45,415 bases of DNA from a virus (Duplodnaviria > Caudoviricetes), in IMG/VR virus record IMGVR_UViG_3300021961_000169, positions 1 to 45,415 of that record; one strand, written 5' to 3'. Below the pieces are notes generated by a model. It was given only the letters and a program-made list of their open reading frames with translations, did no database searches and was not told the DNA's origin. The stretch's first letter is position 1. The number at the start of each line of letters is the position of its first letter. The position numbers were made by a program, and so were the translations under genes. Shown here piece after piece: positions 30,033 through 39,659 of this stretch.

Positions 30033-30677
30033 ATGATTAAGTTGGTTGATTTATTAAAAGAAGTTGGAATAGATAAGGGAGCATTTCACGGTTTTGGTAT
30101 GAAACCAAAAGATATGCGAGTTGATGCTTGTAATGTTGAATGGACAAGTCCAGAACAAGACACAGGATGTCCTGCGTTTTCTGACTCAACAAGTATAACA
30201 ACCGAAGATATTGAAAAGGCAATTTTATATTTGAATGAAGAAAGTCCCAAAACGTTGATTGCATATTCGCGTGGCGGAGCAATACTTCTACAAGCATTAT
30301 CAATGGGTGCAAAGAAACCAGATACAGTTTACCTTGTTGCTCCAGCATGGAATAGACAATGGCCAACTGTAACATTAACTGGTTCTGAAATTAGTGGTAA
30401 CGGTGCAATTATTCACGGTGGTAGTGATAATATAGTTCCATTGAAACATTCTGTAATGTTAGCAAAAGCAAGTGGTATGTCTCTGTATGTTTTTCCAGGT
30501 GCAAATCATGTAAACATATTGAAAAACAAAGACAATCCAACATCAGGAAAATGGATGAAAGATGTTATGAGTGCTAAGGCATTCCATATTATGGCAGTTC
30601 TTCCAGATTGGGGAAAAACCGGTCAAGCATCAGCAGAAGAACTACAAACACAAGAAGAATTTGTTAATACAATTTAG
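30033..30677 (+). CDS. Alpha/beta-hydrolase fold protein
   Basis: Nucleophile elbow LIAYSRGGA, LVAPA, acid IIHGGSDNIVP, His in GANH, and N-terminal FHGFG oxyanion-like motif. Confidence 0.82.
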   Translation: MIKLVDLLKEVGIDKGAFHGFGMKPKDMRVDACNVEWTSPEQDTGCPAFSDSTSITTEDIEKAILYLNEESPKTLIAYSRGGAILLQALSMGAKKPDTVYLVAPAWNRQWPTVTLTGSEISGNGAIIHGGSDNIVPLKHSVMLAKASGMSLYVFPGANHVNILKNKDNPTSGKWMKDVMSAKAFHIMAVLPDWGKTGQASAEELQTQEEFVNTI

Positions 30678-30688
30678 AGAGAGTAAGG

Positions 30689-31525
30689 ATGAAAAATTCA
30701 TTAAAAAATTTAGTAAATGAAGTTAAAGTGAAACTCCATGAGGATGAGGCACAAGAAGAACTGAAAACTATTCTTAAAAAAGATTATGTGTCATTTGTTA
30801 AAGAACTTGGGGATAACATAAAGGATCCAAAATTTCTTGATGCAATAAAATCACTTTCATCATCTACACCTGTAAAAACATCTGCTATTTCGCCCGCTTG
30901 TACTGATTTACAACCAACTCAAAATGAAGTAGTAATGGACAAATCATTGAGTTATCCATTGAAGGATCCTGCAAGTGCTGAAATGTATTTGAAAGGTGGT
31001 GTTGTTGCTCCTGCTGGAAAATCAATAGTAACAGGTGGTGGTGGAAAATTTGTTATTGACGGTCATCATCGTTGGTCGCAAGTATTTTGTATAAACCCAA
31101 CTGCAAAAATAAAATCATTGGATTTAACTGACATAAAAAAACCACTTGAAGCACTTAAAGCCACTCAAATTGGTATTGCTGCCCAAACTGGTACCGTTCC
31201 AACCGCAGCCGGTGGTGGTGTGAATTTATTTCAAGTTGGCGAGAGTGAGTTAAAAAAATATGTAATTGATAACATAAAAGAGCCGGTTGTTGAAGTATTT
31301 AAGAAATATGATAAAGGTGATACACCTGAAGCGATTGCGGACTATATTTGGGGTAATGTTCAGACCTTAAAGAAGCAGAGTCCACCAGTTGCTGGTGCTC
31401 CAAAGCGTGACGTTATGCCACAGACAGACGATGCTCCTGCATGGGTTGATAATACATTTAATGTGGAAAAGTTACCGGAGACAGTTGTTAGTAGGTTGAA
31501 ACATCTTATGAAATACAATAAATGA
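30689..31525 (+). CDS. ParB/Sulfiredoxin-like domain protein
   Basis: DLQPTQNEV and FVIDGHHRW match the ParB N-terminal/Srx signature. Confidence 0.75.
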   Translation: MKNSLKNLVNEVKVKLHEDEAQEELKTILKKDYVSFVKELGDNIKDPKFLDAIKSLSSSTPVKTSAISPACTDLQPTQNEVVMDKSLSYPLKDPASAEMYLKGGVVAPAGKSIVTGGGGKFVIDGHHRWSQVFCINPTAKIKSLDLTDIKKPLEALKATQIGIAAQTGTVPTAAGGGVNLFQVGESELKKYVIDNIKEPVVEVFKKYDKGDTPEAIADYIWGNVQTLKKQSPPVAGAPKRDVMPQTDDAPAWVDNTFNVEKLPETVVSRLKHLMKYNK

Positions 31526-31529
31526 TAAA

Positions 31530-31562
31530 ATGGGAAATCTTTTGGTTTCCCATATTTATTTA
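31530..31562 (+). terminator. Hairpin terminator overlapping an ATATTTATT motif
   Basis: ATGGGAAATC-tttt-GGTTTCCCAT followed by ATTTATTT. Confidence 0.6.
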
Positions 31563-31579
31563 TAGAAATAAAAATACTG

Positions 31580-31611
31580 CTTGCTTATTAAACATTAAAT
31601 TCATATATTAG
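31580..31611 (+). promoter_or_regulatory. Host-type early/middle promoter upstream of the replication operon
   Basis: TTGCTT(31581)-N17-TATATT(31604)AG; same geometry as the element at 27329-27360. Confidence 0.6.
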
Positions 31612-31683
31612 TATTGTTCTATTAGACATAACATTCTTTTAGTAACGATTAAACATTATTTATTACACATTTGGAGAAACGTC

Positions 31684-32439
31684 ATGGGTATTAACCTAGA
31701 TGCAATCAAGAGTCGTTTGAACTCTTTAAAAAACACAAACAATCGCACATCTAACATTTGGAAACCCGATCCGGGTGAAACCCAAATCAGAATTGTTCCC
31801 TACATCCACAACAGAGAAAATCCATTCATCGAATTGTATTTCCATTACAATTTGGGTAAGAGGTCTATTCTTTCACCGGCATCATTTGGTCGTCCTGATC
31901 CTGTGGTTGAGTTTGCTGAAAAACTTAAACAAACTGGCGATAAAGAAGATTGGGTAATGGGTAGAAAATTGGAACCCAAAATGCGTATCTATGTTCCGGT
32001 TATTGTTCGTGGTCAAGAAAATGAAGGTGTAAAGTTTTGGGGATTTGGTAAACAAATCTATGAAGAACTGCTTGCTTTCTTTGTTGATCCTGATTACGGT
32101 GATTTGTCTGATCCAAAATCTGGTCGTGACATTGTTGTTACCGTTAAGTCACCAGAAGAAGCCGGTAAGACTTATGCAGAAACAAGTATTCGTGTTAAAC
32201 CAAAAGAAACACCTATTACAGAAAGTGCAGATGTTCTTGAAAAGATTAAGTCACAACCACAGATTACAGAATTGTATCCAGAACCATCTTATGATGATTT
32301 GAAGATTCAATTGCAAACTTGGATGGGTGCTTCATCGCAAGAAGAACCTGCAGAAGACTTGAATTACAAACAAGAAAAGAGTGAGAAGCCATCTACATCT
32401 GCTGAAGATGTTGGTGTTACATTTGATGATTTATTTTAA
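31684..32439 (+). CDS. Single-stranded DNA-binding protein (T4 gp32-like)
   Basis: IWKP..GETQIRIVP, PFIELYFHY, VKFWGFGKQIY, DYGDLSDPKSGRDI and acidic tail ending FDDLF. Confidence 0.88.
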   Translation: MGINLDAIKSRLNSLKNTNNRTSNIWKPDPGETQIRIVPYIHNRENPFIELYFHYNLGKRSILSPASFGRPDPVVEFAEKLKQTGDKEDWVMGRKLEPKMRIYVPVIVRGQENEGVKFWGFGKQIYEELLAFFVDPDYGDLSDPKSGRDIVVTVKSPEEAGKTYAETSIRVKPKETPITESADVLEKIKSQPQITELYPEPSYDDLKIQLQTWMGASSQEEPAEDLNYKQEKSEKPSTSAEDVGVTFDDLF

Positions 32440-32451
32440 TAAGGGTGAGTT

Positions 32452-33600
32452 ATGGCAAAATCAAAGAGTGATCTTTCCGATGAACTCGGTGGGCTCATTG
32501 CCGAAACTATAAACAAACAATTCAAAGCTCAAAACATTAAGACCGCTTACTTTCTTGAAGGTGATAGTGATGCACCTACGATAGTAAAAGAATGGGTGGG
32601 AACTGGCTCAACTATGTTAGACTTGGCCATTTCCAATCGTAAGTATGGTGGTTTTCCTGTTGGTCGTGTATCTGAAATAACAGGTCTCGAACAATCTGGT
32701 AAATCATTGTTGGCAGCCCATGCACTTCTCAACACACAAAAGAAAGGTGGTCTTGCAGTTTATATTGATACCGAGAATGCAATCGCAACTGAATATCTAT
32801 CTGCAATCGGTTTGAACTTAAAAGATATGTTATACATTCCATTGGAAACAGTAGAAGATATTTTTGAAACTGTTGATGTTATCATTGACAAAGTTCGTTC
32901 ATCCGATAAAGATAGGTTGGTAACGATAGTAGTTGATTCAATCGCCGGTGCATCCACTAAAACAGAAATGGCTGCAGACTTTGATAAGGATGGCTATGCT
33001 ACGGCAAAGGCACTTATCATTTCAAAGGCAATGAGGAAAATTACAAACCTTATCGGTAGAGAACGTATTTGTTTGATTATTACAAACCAACTTCGTCAGA
33101 AACTAAATGCTCCGGCATTCTCTGATCCTTGGACAACACCAGGTGGCAAAGGTATTCCTTTCCATGCTTCTGTTCGTCTTCGTCTTTCTTCAATCGGTGC
33201 TATCAAAGCAAAGAGAGAAGGTCGTGATGAAATTGTTGGTTCAAGAGTTAAGGCAAAATTGGTAAAGAACCGAGTAGGTCCACCGCTTCGTGAATGTGAA
33301 TATGAAGTTTATTTTGATAGTGGTATAGATGACTATTCTTCATGGCTAACTGTTATGAAGGAACACAATCTTGTTTCACAATCAGGTGCATGGTATTCAT
33401 GGACAGACAAAAGAACTGGAGAGGTAATAAAATTTCAATCCAAAGAATTTGTTGAAAAGATTATGAGTAATCCTGAATTGTATGATATAGTTTATGATGA
33501 AATCGCAGAGAAAGTAATTATGAAATATAAGAAACTTGATGAAGCTCGTATAGACGATGTAACACTTTCAAATGAACCATTATTACAAGATGAAGTATGA
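32452..33600 (+). CDS. recA: RecA/UvsX recombinase
   Basis: TGSTMLDLAI, GGFPVGRVSEITGLEQSGKS (Walker A), YIDTENA, IVVDSIA, NQLRQK, TTPGGKGIPFHASVRL, VKNRVGPP, QSGAWY. Confidence 0.95.
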   Translation: MAKSKSDLSDELGGLIAETINKQFKAQNIKTAYFLEGDSDAPTIVKEWVGTGSTMLDLAISNRKYGGFPVGRVSEITGLEQSGKSLLAAHALLNTQKKGGLAVYIDTENAIATEYLSAIGLNLKDMLYIPLETVEDIFETVDVIIDKVRSSDKDRLVTIVVDSIAGASTKTEMAADFDKDGYATAKALIISKAMRKITNLIGRERICLIITNQLRQKLNAPAFSDPWTTPGGKGIPFHASVRLRLSSIGAIKAKREGRDEIVGSRVKAKLVKNRVGPPLRECEYEVYFDSGIDDYSSWLTVMKEHNLVSQSGAWYSWTDKRTGEVIKFQSKEFVEKIMSNPELYDIVYDEIAEKVIMKYKKLDEARIDDVTLSNEPLLQDEV

Positions 33601-34643
33601 ACAACAAATATCAAAGACTTTTACAAGAAATAGAAACAGAAAGACAAGAACAAGAAAACCTACATCGTGATAGTAAGGTTTTGATTGTAGATGGGATGAA
33701 CCTTTTTATACGCACATTTTCTGCCATCCCAACACTAAACGAAGATGGTGTTCATGTTGGTGGACTTTCTGGTTTCTTGAAGTCTCTTGGAGCAACAATC
33801 CGTATGGTTAATCCCACGCGGGTTGTTGTGGTCTTTGATGGTAAAGGTGGTTCACAACGCCGTAAAGAAATCTATTCAAACTATAAAGAAGGTAGGGCAA
33901 TCAAGTCACGGTTAAACCGTGTAGTTGGGTTTGAAGATATTGATGATGAACAATCCTCAATGAAGTATCAACTGTTTCGTGTTTTTTCATACCTACAAAA
34001 TCTGCCACTTACAATAATCTCCATTGATAAAATCGAGGCAGATGATGTGATTGCCTACCTTTCTTCTTATTTCAAAGATAAATGTGTAATCCTTTCCAAT
34101 GACCGAGACTTTCTACAATTAGTTTCGGATAGGGTTAATGTTTATTTGCCAACTAAAAAGAAGATGTATACGCCTGAAAACCTTTTGGAAGAAACTGGTA
34201 TATGGTGTGAGAATTATATCATATACAAATCGTTACTTGGCGATAAAAGTGATAATGTAGTTGGCATTCGTGGTCTCGGTGACAAGACTATATTAAAATT
34301 CTTTCCAGAATTATCAGAAAAAAGAAAAATAGATTTGGAAATGTTCGTAGAAATTTGTAAATTACATGATAATAAATCCAAAGCAATTCAAGAATTAAAG
34401 AACAACCTAAATGTATTGCAAACCAATCATAGAATTATGCAGTTAAGTGATGTTGATATTTCACAGAGCACTAAATCAACAATAAGAAATCTTGTTGATG
34501 GTGAAATAGATACACTAAATAAGGTTGAACTTGATAAACTATTTGTAGAAGATAAGATGCAAAATGTTATGTTGAATTGGGATGTTTGGGTTCAGAAGAA
34601 TTTTACAACAATAAATTCCATTAGGAACAAATATGCAGGATAA
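33597..34643 (+). CDS. 5'-3' exonuclease / flap endonuclease (PolI N-terminal or T4 RNase H family)
   Basis: LIVDGMN, VVVFDG, RKEIYSNYKEGR, EADDVIA, SNDRDFLQL, GDKSDNVVGIRGLGDKT. Confidence 0.93.
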   Translation: MNNKYQRLLQEIETERQEQENLHRDSKVLIVDGMNLFIRTFSAIPTLNEDGVHVGGLSGFLKSLGATIRMVNPTRVVVVFDGKGGSQRRKEIYSNYKEGRAIKSRLNRVVGFEDIDDEQSSMKYQLFRVFSYLQNLPLTIISIDKIEADDVIAYLSSYFKDKCVILSNDRDFLQLVSDRVNVYLPTKKKMYTPENLLEETGIWCENYIIYKSLLGDKSDNVVGIRGLGDKTILKFFPELSEKRKIDLEMFVEICKLHDNKSKAIQELKNNLNVLQTNHRIMQLSDVDISQSTKSTIRNLVDGEIDTLNKVELDKLFVEDKMQNVMLNWDVWVQKNFTTINSIRNKYAG

Positions 34644-35985
34644 TTTATCCCAGTATGGTCATACCTTTCAGACAAAAGTAGTCACTTCATTATTAAACGA
34701 TAGAGCATTTTTACAACAAGTTTCCGATATTATTGAACCAAATTATTTTGAGTCTCAAGCAAATAGTTGGGTTGTTGAAAAGATAATGTCTTATTATGAG
34801 AAGTATAAAACTGCACCAACCGCTGAAGTTTTCAAGTCTGAATTGATTGCCGTTGAAGATAAAGTTTTGAAGAGCACTATTGCAGATGCTCTGAAAGAAA
34901 GTGCAAAGTATAAAGATAGTTCGGATGCTGAATATGTCAAACTAACTACACTTGAATTTTGTAAAAATCAAAAGATGAAAGTTGCAATTATTGAGTCTGT
35001 TGATTTGCTCAAGAGTGGTAAGTATGACCTTATCAAAAAGAAAGTTGATAATGCACTTAAAGCCGGAACTGACAAAGACATTGGACACGAATATCTTTTG
35101 GATATTGCAGCTCGTTATGAAGAAGGTGCAAGAAGTTGTGTATCTACGGGTTGGAATGTTGTTGATGATATTACAAACGGTGGATTGGCTGCTGGTGAGC
35201 TGGGTGTTGTTATTGCTCCTGCCGGTGGCGGTAAGTCTTGGGGATTGGTTAGTATCGCCGCTCAAGCAGTTAAAGCTGGTAAGAGAGTTGTTTATTATAC
35301 ACTTGAACTTAATCAGTTTTATGTTGCAAGAAGATTTGATGCTTTCTTTACAAAGATTGCTTTTCAAAATTTGAATGAAGAACATGCACAAGAAAAAATC
35401 CGTGATGCAATGGAAACAATTAAAGGTGATTTGATTGTAAAGTATTATCCAACTAAAACTGCAAGTATAACAACAATCACATCACACATAGAAAAGTGTA
35501 TCAGTCAAGGTAAGGCACCTGATTTGGTTATTGTTGATTATGCGGACTTGATAAGACCATCAAAAGCCGGTGACAAGAGATTGGAACTCAATGATATTTA
35601 TGAGGACTTGCGTGGTATCGGTGGAACTTATGGAATACCTATTTGGACTGCATCACAGGCAAACCGTTCTGCTCTTGAAGATGATGTAATTGAAGGTGGT
35701 AAAGTTTCAGAGTCATATAATAAAATTATGATTGCAGACTTTATCATGTCACTATCAAGAAAACTAAATGATAAGGTTGGTGGAACAGGCAGATGGCATA
35801 TTATTAAAAACCGTTTCGGTCCCGATGGTATGACATTTCCAAGTAAAATAAATACAATGACTGGCCACATTGAAATATATGAACCAAGTTCTGACATGGG
35901 ACAGAGTGTTCAAACATCAATGAAGGGTGATGTAAATGTTAAGAAAGCTCTTTCACAAAAATTCAAAGAATTAGAAGGTTTTTAA
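34633..35985 (+). CDS. DnaB-like replicative helicase (T4 gp41-like)
   Basis: GGLAAGELGVVIAPAGGGKSW, YYTLEL, VIVDYADL, IWTASQANR, ADFIMSL, KNRFGPDG. Confidence 0.93.
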   Translation: MQDNLSQYGHTFQTKVVTSLLNDRAFLQQVSDIIEPNYFESQANSWVVEKIMSYYEKYKTAPTAEVFKSELIAVEDKVLKSTIADALKESAKYKDSSDAEYVKLTTLEFCKNQKMKVAIIESVDLLKSGKYDLIKKKVDNALKAGTDKDIGHEYLLDIAARYEEGARSCVSTGWNVVDDITNGGLAAGELGVVIAPAGGGKSWGLVSIAAQAVKAGKRVVYYTLELNQFYVARRFDAFFTKIAFQNLNEEHAQEKIRDAMETIKGDLIVKYYPTKTASITTITSHIEKCISQGKAPDLVIVDYADLIRPSKAGDKRLELNDIYEDLRGIGGTYGIPIWTASQANRSALEDDVIEGGKVSESYNKIMIADFIMSLSRKLNDKVGGTGRWHIIKNRFGPDGMTFPSKINTMTGHIEIYEPSSDMGQSVQTSMKGDVNVKKALSQKFKELEGF

Positions 35986-35986
35986 T

Positions 35987-36715
35987 ATGGCATACTTAAA
36001 CTCACCTATACCTGTTATTGAGGCATATGTTCGTGGGAATTTTCTCCGTGACCAACGTGACTCTTTTGATAAAAAGTTTCCATGTTTTATATTTGGTGTT
36101 GCAACTATTCCTGGACAAGCACCATTATTTCATTTTGTAATGGAAGACGGTGGTGTGTGGTGGAGAATGCCTATTCATGCTTTTTGTTGGAAAGATGACG
36201 CTCCTGATCATGAATTAGATGAATTAGTTTTATGGGACTCATTTTCATATCATGTGAGTGCAACACAATTTCCTTATTTGAAAAATAAAATTATGAAATT
36301 CATTTCTCGCCGTAGAAAAGAATATAGTGGTAGATATTTATTTACACTTGATTGGGCTGCAAGCACAGATGCAGGTGATACCGACTATTTGTTTTCTGAA
36401 TATCCGTCACAACATAAATGTGGTCATGTCATAATGATGGATGACGGTAATTTTGCAATACAACCTAACAATAGATTGAGGTTACACGATCCTTCATTTA
36501 CTGTAAAAAAAGATGTTGTTATTGAACGAATGTATAACAGAACACTTTGGACAGCAGAACGAAATGCTAGATGGGTAACACCTGATACAGAAAATATGAA
36601 TTATGATCATACTGATTTGGATGCAGGTGAATCAAATGAAGAACGTTCAAAAATATACAATGAGAAATTGAATGAAAATCCGATACAGTCACCAAAACGG
36701 AATGTTCATAGATGA
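35987..36715 (+). CDS. Hypothetical phage protein
   Basis: 242-aa ORF abutting the helicase gene; aromatic-rich, with LWDSFSY, YLFTLDW, QHKCGH, AIQPNNR motifs. Function not recognised. Confidence 0.75.
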   Translation: MAYLNSPIPVIEAYVRGNFLRDQRDSFDKKFPCFIFGVATIPGQAPLFHFVMEDGGVWWRMPIHAFCWKDDAPDHELDELVLWDSFSYHVSATQFPYLKNKIMKFISRRRKEYSGRYLFTLDWAASTDAGDTDYLFSEYPSQHKCGHVIMMDDGNFAIQPNNRLRLHDPSFTVKKDVVIERMYNRTLWTAERNARWVTPDTENMNYDHTDLDAGESNEERSKIYNEKLNENPIQSPKRNVHR

Positions 36716-37253
36716 TGAAAAGTCTGTTTCATTTTTATGTGAAGTTTTTGCTAAACGAATAAATGAAAATGAAAGTTATATGTTTGAACACGGTTGGCTA
36801 CCAACAGCAAATGATGAATGGTATCAAACCAAATCATCACGTGTAAAAATTTTACCAATATCAACTCGTAAAAAAAATAGACTTAATAAAATAAAAATAT
36901 CAAAAAACGGCGATTACAAAAAGATATTTGAAAATACTAAACATTATTATTCAGATAGTTGTGAGTTTTATTTACAAACGGTCTTATCGTTTGAACATGA
37001 AATATATTATTTTAATTCAGAAGTATTTTGTGTGTTAAATTGGTTTGGCAATATACCATTTTTTTCCGCAGTGTTTGGTGGTAAGCTGAAAAGAAATGGT
37101 ATAACACCTATTACTTGTTATTATTTTATAGACAAATTATTAAATAATTCCTATCCTTATTTGTATATCGGAGAGTGGTATAAACAATTCGATTACAAAA
37201 TAAATTATCCAAATTTTGAATGGTGGAATGGGGAAAATTGGATTAAAAAATAA
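36672..37253 (+). CDS. Putative aminoacyl-tRNA--protein transferase (ATE/Bpt-like, GNAT fold), compact
   Basis: MFEHGWLP...WYQTKSSRV resembles the ATE N-terminal region; YPYLYIGEWY..FDYKINYPNFEWWNGENW resembles the Bpt/ATE C-terminal YxYLGYW...YK..F...E...W motif. Confidence 0.5.
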   Translation: MKIRYSHQNGMFIDDEKSVSFLCEVFAKRINENESYMFEHGWLPTANDEWYQTKSSRVKILPISTRKKNRLNKIKISKNGDYKKIFENTKHYYSDSCEFYLQTVLSFEHEIYYFNSEVFCVLNWFGNIPFFSAVFGGKLKRNGITPITCYYFIDKLLNNSYPYLYIGEWYKQFDYKINYPNFEWWNGENWIKK

Positions 37254-37278
37254 TTTAACAAAACCCAATTTTTTTATC

Positions 37279-37310
37279 CAAGACCATATACTTATTCGTG
37301 TATGGTTTTG
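37279..37310 (+). promoter_or_regulatory. 13-bp hairpin carrying an ATACTTATT variant motif upstream of nrdJ
   Basis: CAAGACCATATAC-ttattc-GTGTATGGTTTTG (two G-U pairs). Confidence 0.45.
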
Positions 37311-37361
37311 ATTTATACCTAAAAAATAACGTTTTCAATAAAAAAATCAATGGAGAAATAA

Positions 37362-39215
37362 ATGGACATTAGCAATCGAATTTTGTCTGAAATTACAGTT
37401 TACATGAAGTATGCTCGTTTCATTCCCGAAAAAAATCGTAGGGAAACTTGGGAAGAATTGGTGACACGAAATAAAGAAATGCACCAAAGAAAATACCCAC
37501 AACTGAAAGATGAAATTGAAAATGTCTATAAAATGGTATATGATAAAAAAGTTTTGCCATCAATGCGTTCATTACAGTTTGGTGGTAAACCGATTGAAAT
37601 TTCTCCAAACAGAATTTACAATTGTGCTTACTTGCCAATAGATGACTGGCGTGCTTTCGGTGAAGTGATGTTTCTTCTTCTCGGTGGAACCGGTGTAGGT
37701 TATTCCGTTCAGAAACATCATGTAGAAAGTTTGCCACCAATCCACAGACCTAAATCAAAAGAAAGAAGATTTCTTATCGGTGATTCAATTGAAGGTTGGG
37801 CAGATGCAATTAAAGCCGTGATGAAGTCATATTTCACTGGCGGTTCATCTATTCGTTTTGATTATTCCGATATTCGTCACAAAGGTGCAAGACTTATTAC
37901 AAGTGGTGGAAAGGCACCAGGTCCAGAGCCACTACGCATTTGTATTGAAAAGATTAGGGCAATTCTTGACCTTAAAACAGATGGTGAACAATTATCATCA
38001 ATAGAAGTTCACGATATTGTTTGTCATATTGCAGATGCAGTTCTTGCCGGTGGTATTCGCCGTGCTGCTCTTATTTCTCTTTTCTCTGCTGACGATGACG
38101 ATATGATTTCATGTAAGTTTGGAAATTGGTGGGAACTAAATCCACAAAGAGGCAGAGCTAATAATTCGGCAGTTCTTCTTCGTAGTAAGGTAACAGAAGA
38201 ATTTTTCAAATCACTTTGGAAAAAAATAGAGTTATCAAATGCAGGTGAGCCGGGTATTTACCTTTCCAACGATAAAGATTGGGGAACAAATCCTTGTTGT
38301 GAGATTGCACTTCGCCCATTCCAATTCTGTAACTTGTGTGAGGTAAATGTTTCCGATGTTGAAAGCCAAGAAGATTTGGAAGACAGAGTTCGTGCTGCCA
38401 CTTTCATTGGGACATTGCAGGCAGGTTATACAGATTTTCATTATCTTCGCCCAATCTGGCAAAGAACAACTGAAAAGGATGCACTTCTCGGTGTTGGTAT
38501 GACCGGTATCGGTTCTGGTAAAGTTCAGAAATTAGATTTGAAAGCCGCTGCTAAGGCATCAAGAGAAGAAAACGAAAGGATTGCAGAACTAATTGGTATC
38601 AATAAATCTGCAAGAACAACAACAATTAAACCTGCTGGAACATCATCATTGACTTTGGGTTGTTCATCCGGTATTCATGCATGGCACAATGATTTCTATT
38701 TACGCCGTGTTCGTGTTGGTAAGAATGAGGCAATTTATTCTTATCTTGCAATTAACCATCCTGAATTGGTAGAAGATGAATACTTCCGTCCACACGATAC
38801 TGCTGTTATTGGTGTTCCACAAAAGTCACCAGAGGGTTCAATACTTCGTAGTGAAAGTCCTTTGCAGTTGTTGGAAAGAGTAAAATGGTTCAATCAGAAT
38901 TGGATTAAACCTGGTCACAGAACCGGCATGAATACTCACAACATATCTGCAACAGTTTCCATCCGGGAACATGAATGGGATGCGGTTGGTAATTGGATGT
39001 GGGAAAATAAAGAACACTTTAACGGTCTTTCTGTTCTAAACTACGATGGTGGTTCATATATTCAGGCACCTTTCCAGGATATTACAAAAGAGGAATATGA
39101 AAGATTGATGGAAACATTACACGATGTTGATTTGAGTAATGTTGTTGAGTTGGAAGACAATACGGATTTGTCAGGCGAATTGGCTTGTGCCGGTGGTGCC
39201 TGTGAAATTAAGTAA
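37362..39215 (+). CDS. nrdJ: Ribonucleotide reductase class II, monomeric (adenosylcobalamin-dependent)
   Basis: RRETWEE, LPSMRSL, YNCAY, VLAGGIRRAALI, GTNPCCEI, QFCNL, TTIKPAGTSSL, C-terminal ELACAGGACEIK; no beta-subunit gene adjacent. Confidence 0.92.
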   Translation: MDISNRILSEITVYMKYARFIPEKNRRETWEELVTRNKEMHQRKYPQLKDEIENVYKMVYDKKVLPSMRSLQFGGKPIEISPNRIYNCAYLPIDDWRAFGEVMFLLLGGTGVGYSVQKHHVESLPPIHRPKSKERRFLIGDSIEGWADAIKAVMKSYFTGGSSIRFDYSDIRHKGARLITSGGKAPGPEPLRICIEKIRAILDLKTDGEQLSSIEVHDIVCHIADAVLAGGIRRAALISLFSADDDDMISCKFGNWWELNPQRGRANNSAVLLRSKVTEEFFKSLWKKIELSNAGEPGIYLSNDKDWGTNPCCEIALRPFQFCNLCEVNVSDVESQEDLEDRVRAATFIGTLQAGYTDFHYLRPIWQRTTEKDALLGVGMTGIGSGKVQKLDLKAAAKASREENERIAELIGINKSARTTTIKPAGTSSLTLGCSSGIHAWHNDFYLRRVRVGKNEAIYSYLAINHPELVEDEYFRPHDTAVIGVPQKSPEGSILRSESPLQLLERVKWFNQNWIKPGHRTGMNTHNISATVSIREHEWDAVGNWMWENKEHFNGLSVLNYDGGSYIQAPFQDITKEEYERLMETLHDVDLSNVVELEDNTDLSGELACAGGACEIK

Positions 39216-39255
39216 GTAAGAGTGTTATAGTTCTTTGGGAATAAGGAGAAAAGTT

Positions 39256-39594
39256 ATGGATATTACATCATTTTTGTTGGGTGTATGTGCGGTTACAGTT
39301 GTGACGTTAGTTACGGTTGTAGTTGTGGGTATGTTCAAGATTAGTAGATTAAACAAAGAACTAAATAATTTAGAGGGTGTAGTTAATACTGTTTTCGATG
39401 ATTTGGATCGAAAAATTACATCAACAGATCATTATTTTAGACGAATGATTGATTCAAGAGTTGATAGCTTGAGTTCGTCTATCGAAAAAGAACATCGGTC
39501 TATACATGAAAGAATTGATACATCAAAGAGAGAACTTGCTGATGAAATAAAATTCTTGCATGAAAGAATTGATGGTTTGGGTAAAGTAAAATAA
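39256..39594 (+). CDS. Membrane-anchored coiled-coil hypothetical protein
   Basis: ATG 39256 follows AAGGAG; N-terminal TM FLLGVCAVTVVTLVTVVVVGMF followed by heptad helix. Confidence 0.7.
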   Translation: MDITSFLLGVCAVTVVTLVTVVVVGMFKISRLNKELNNLEGVVNTVFDDLDRKITSTDHYFRRMIDSRVDSLSSSIEKEHRSIHERIDTSKRELADEIKFLHERIDGLGKVK

Positions 39595-39659
39595 AAATAA
39601 AGTATAATTATTATTAAACACATTATCCAAAGAACTATAACACATATTTTTGATATAAC

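Noticed and set aside
37254-37361. Cobalamin riboswitch or NrdR box upstream of nrdJ
   Set aside because: The gap is only about 108 nt and AT-rich with one simple hairpin; no B12-box or convincing NrdR palindrome.
39645-39652. TATTTTTG as a Bacteroidota -7 promoter before the nucleotidyltransferase
   Set aside because: No upstream TTTG at the right spacing and only 7 nt from the ATG; could equally be a degenerate ATATTTAT motif or chance.
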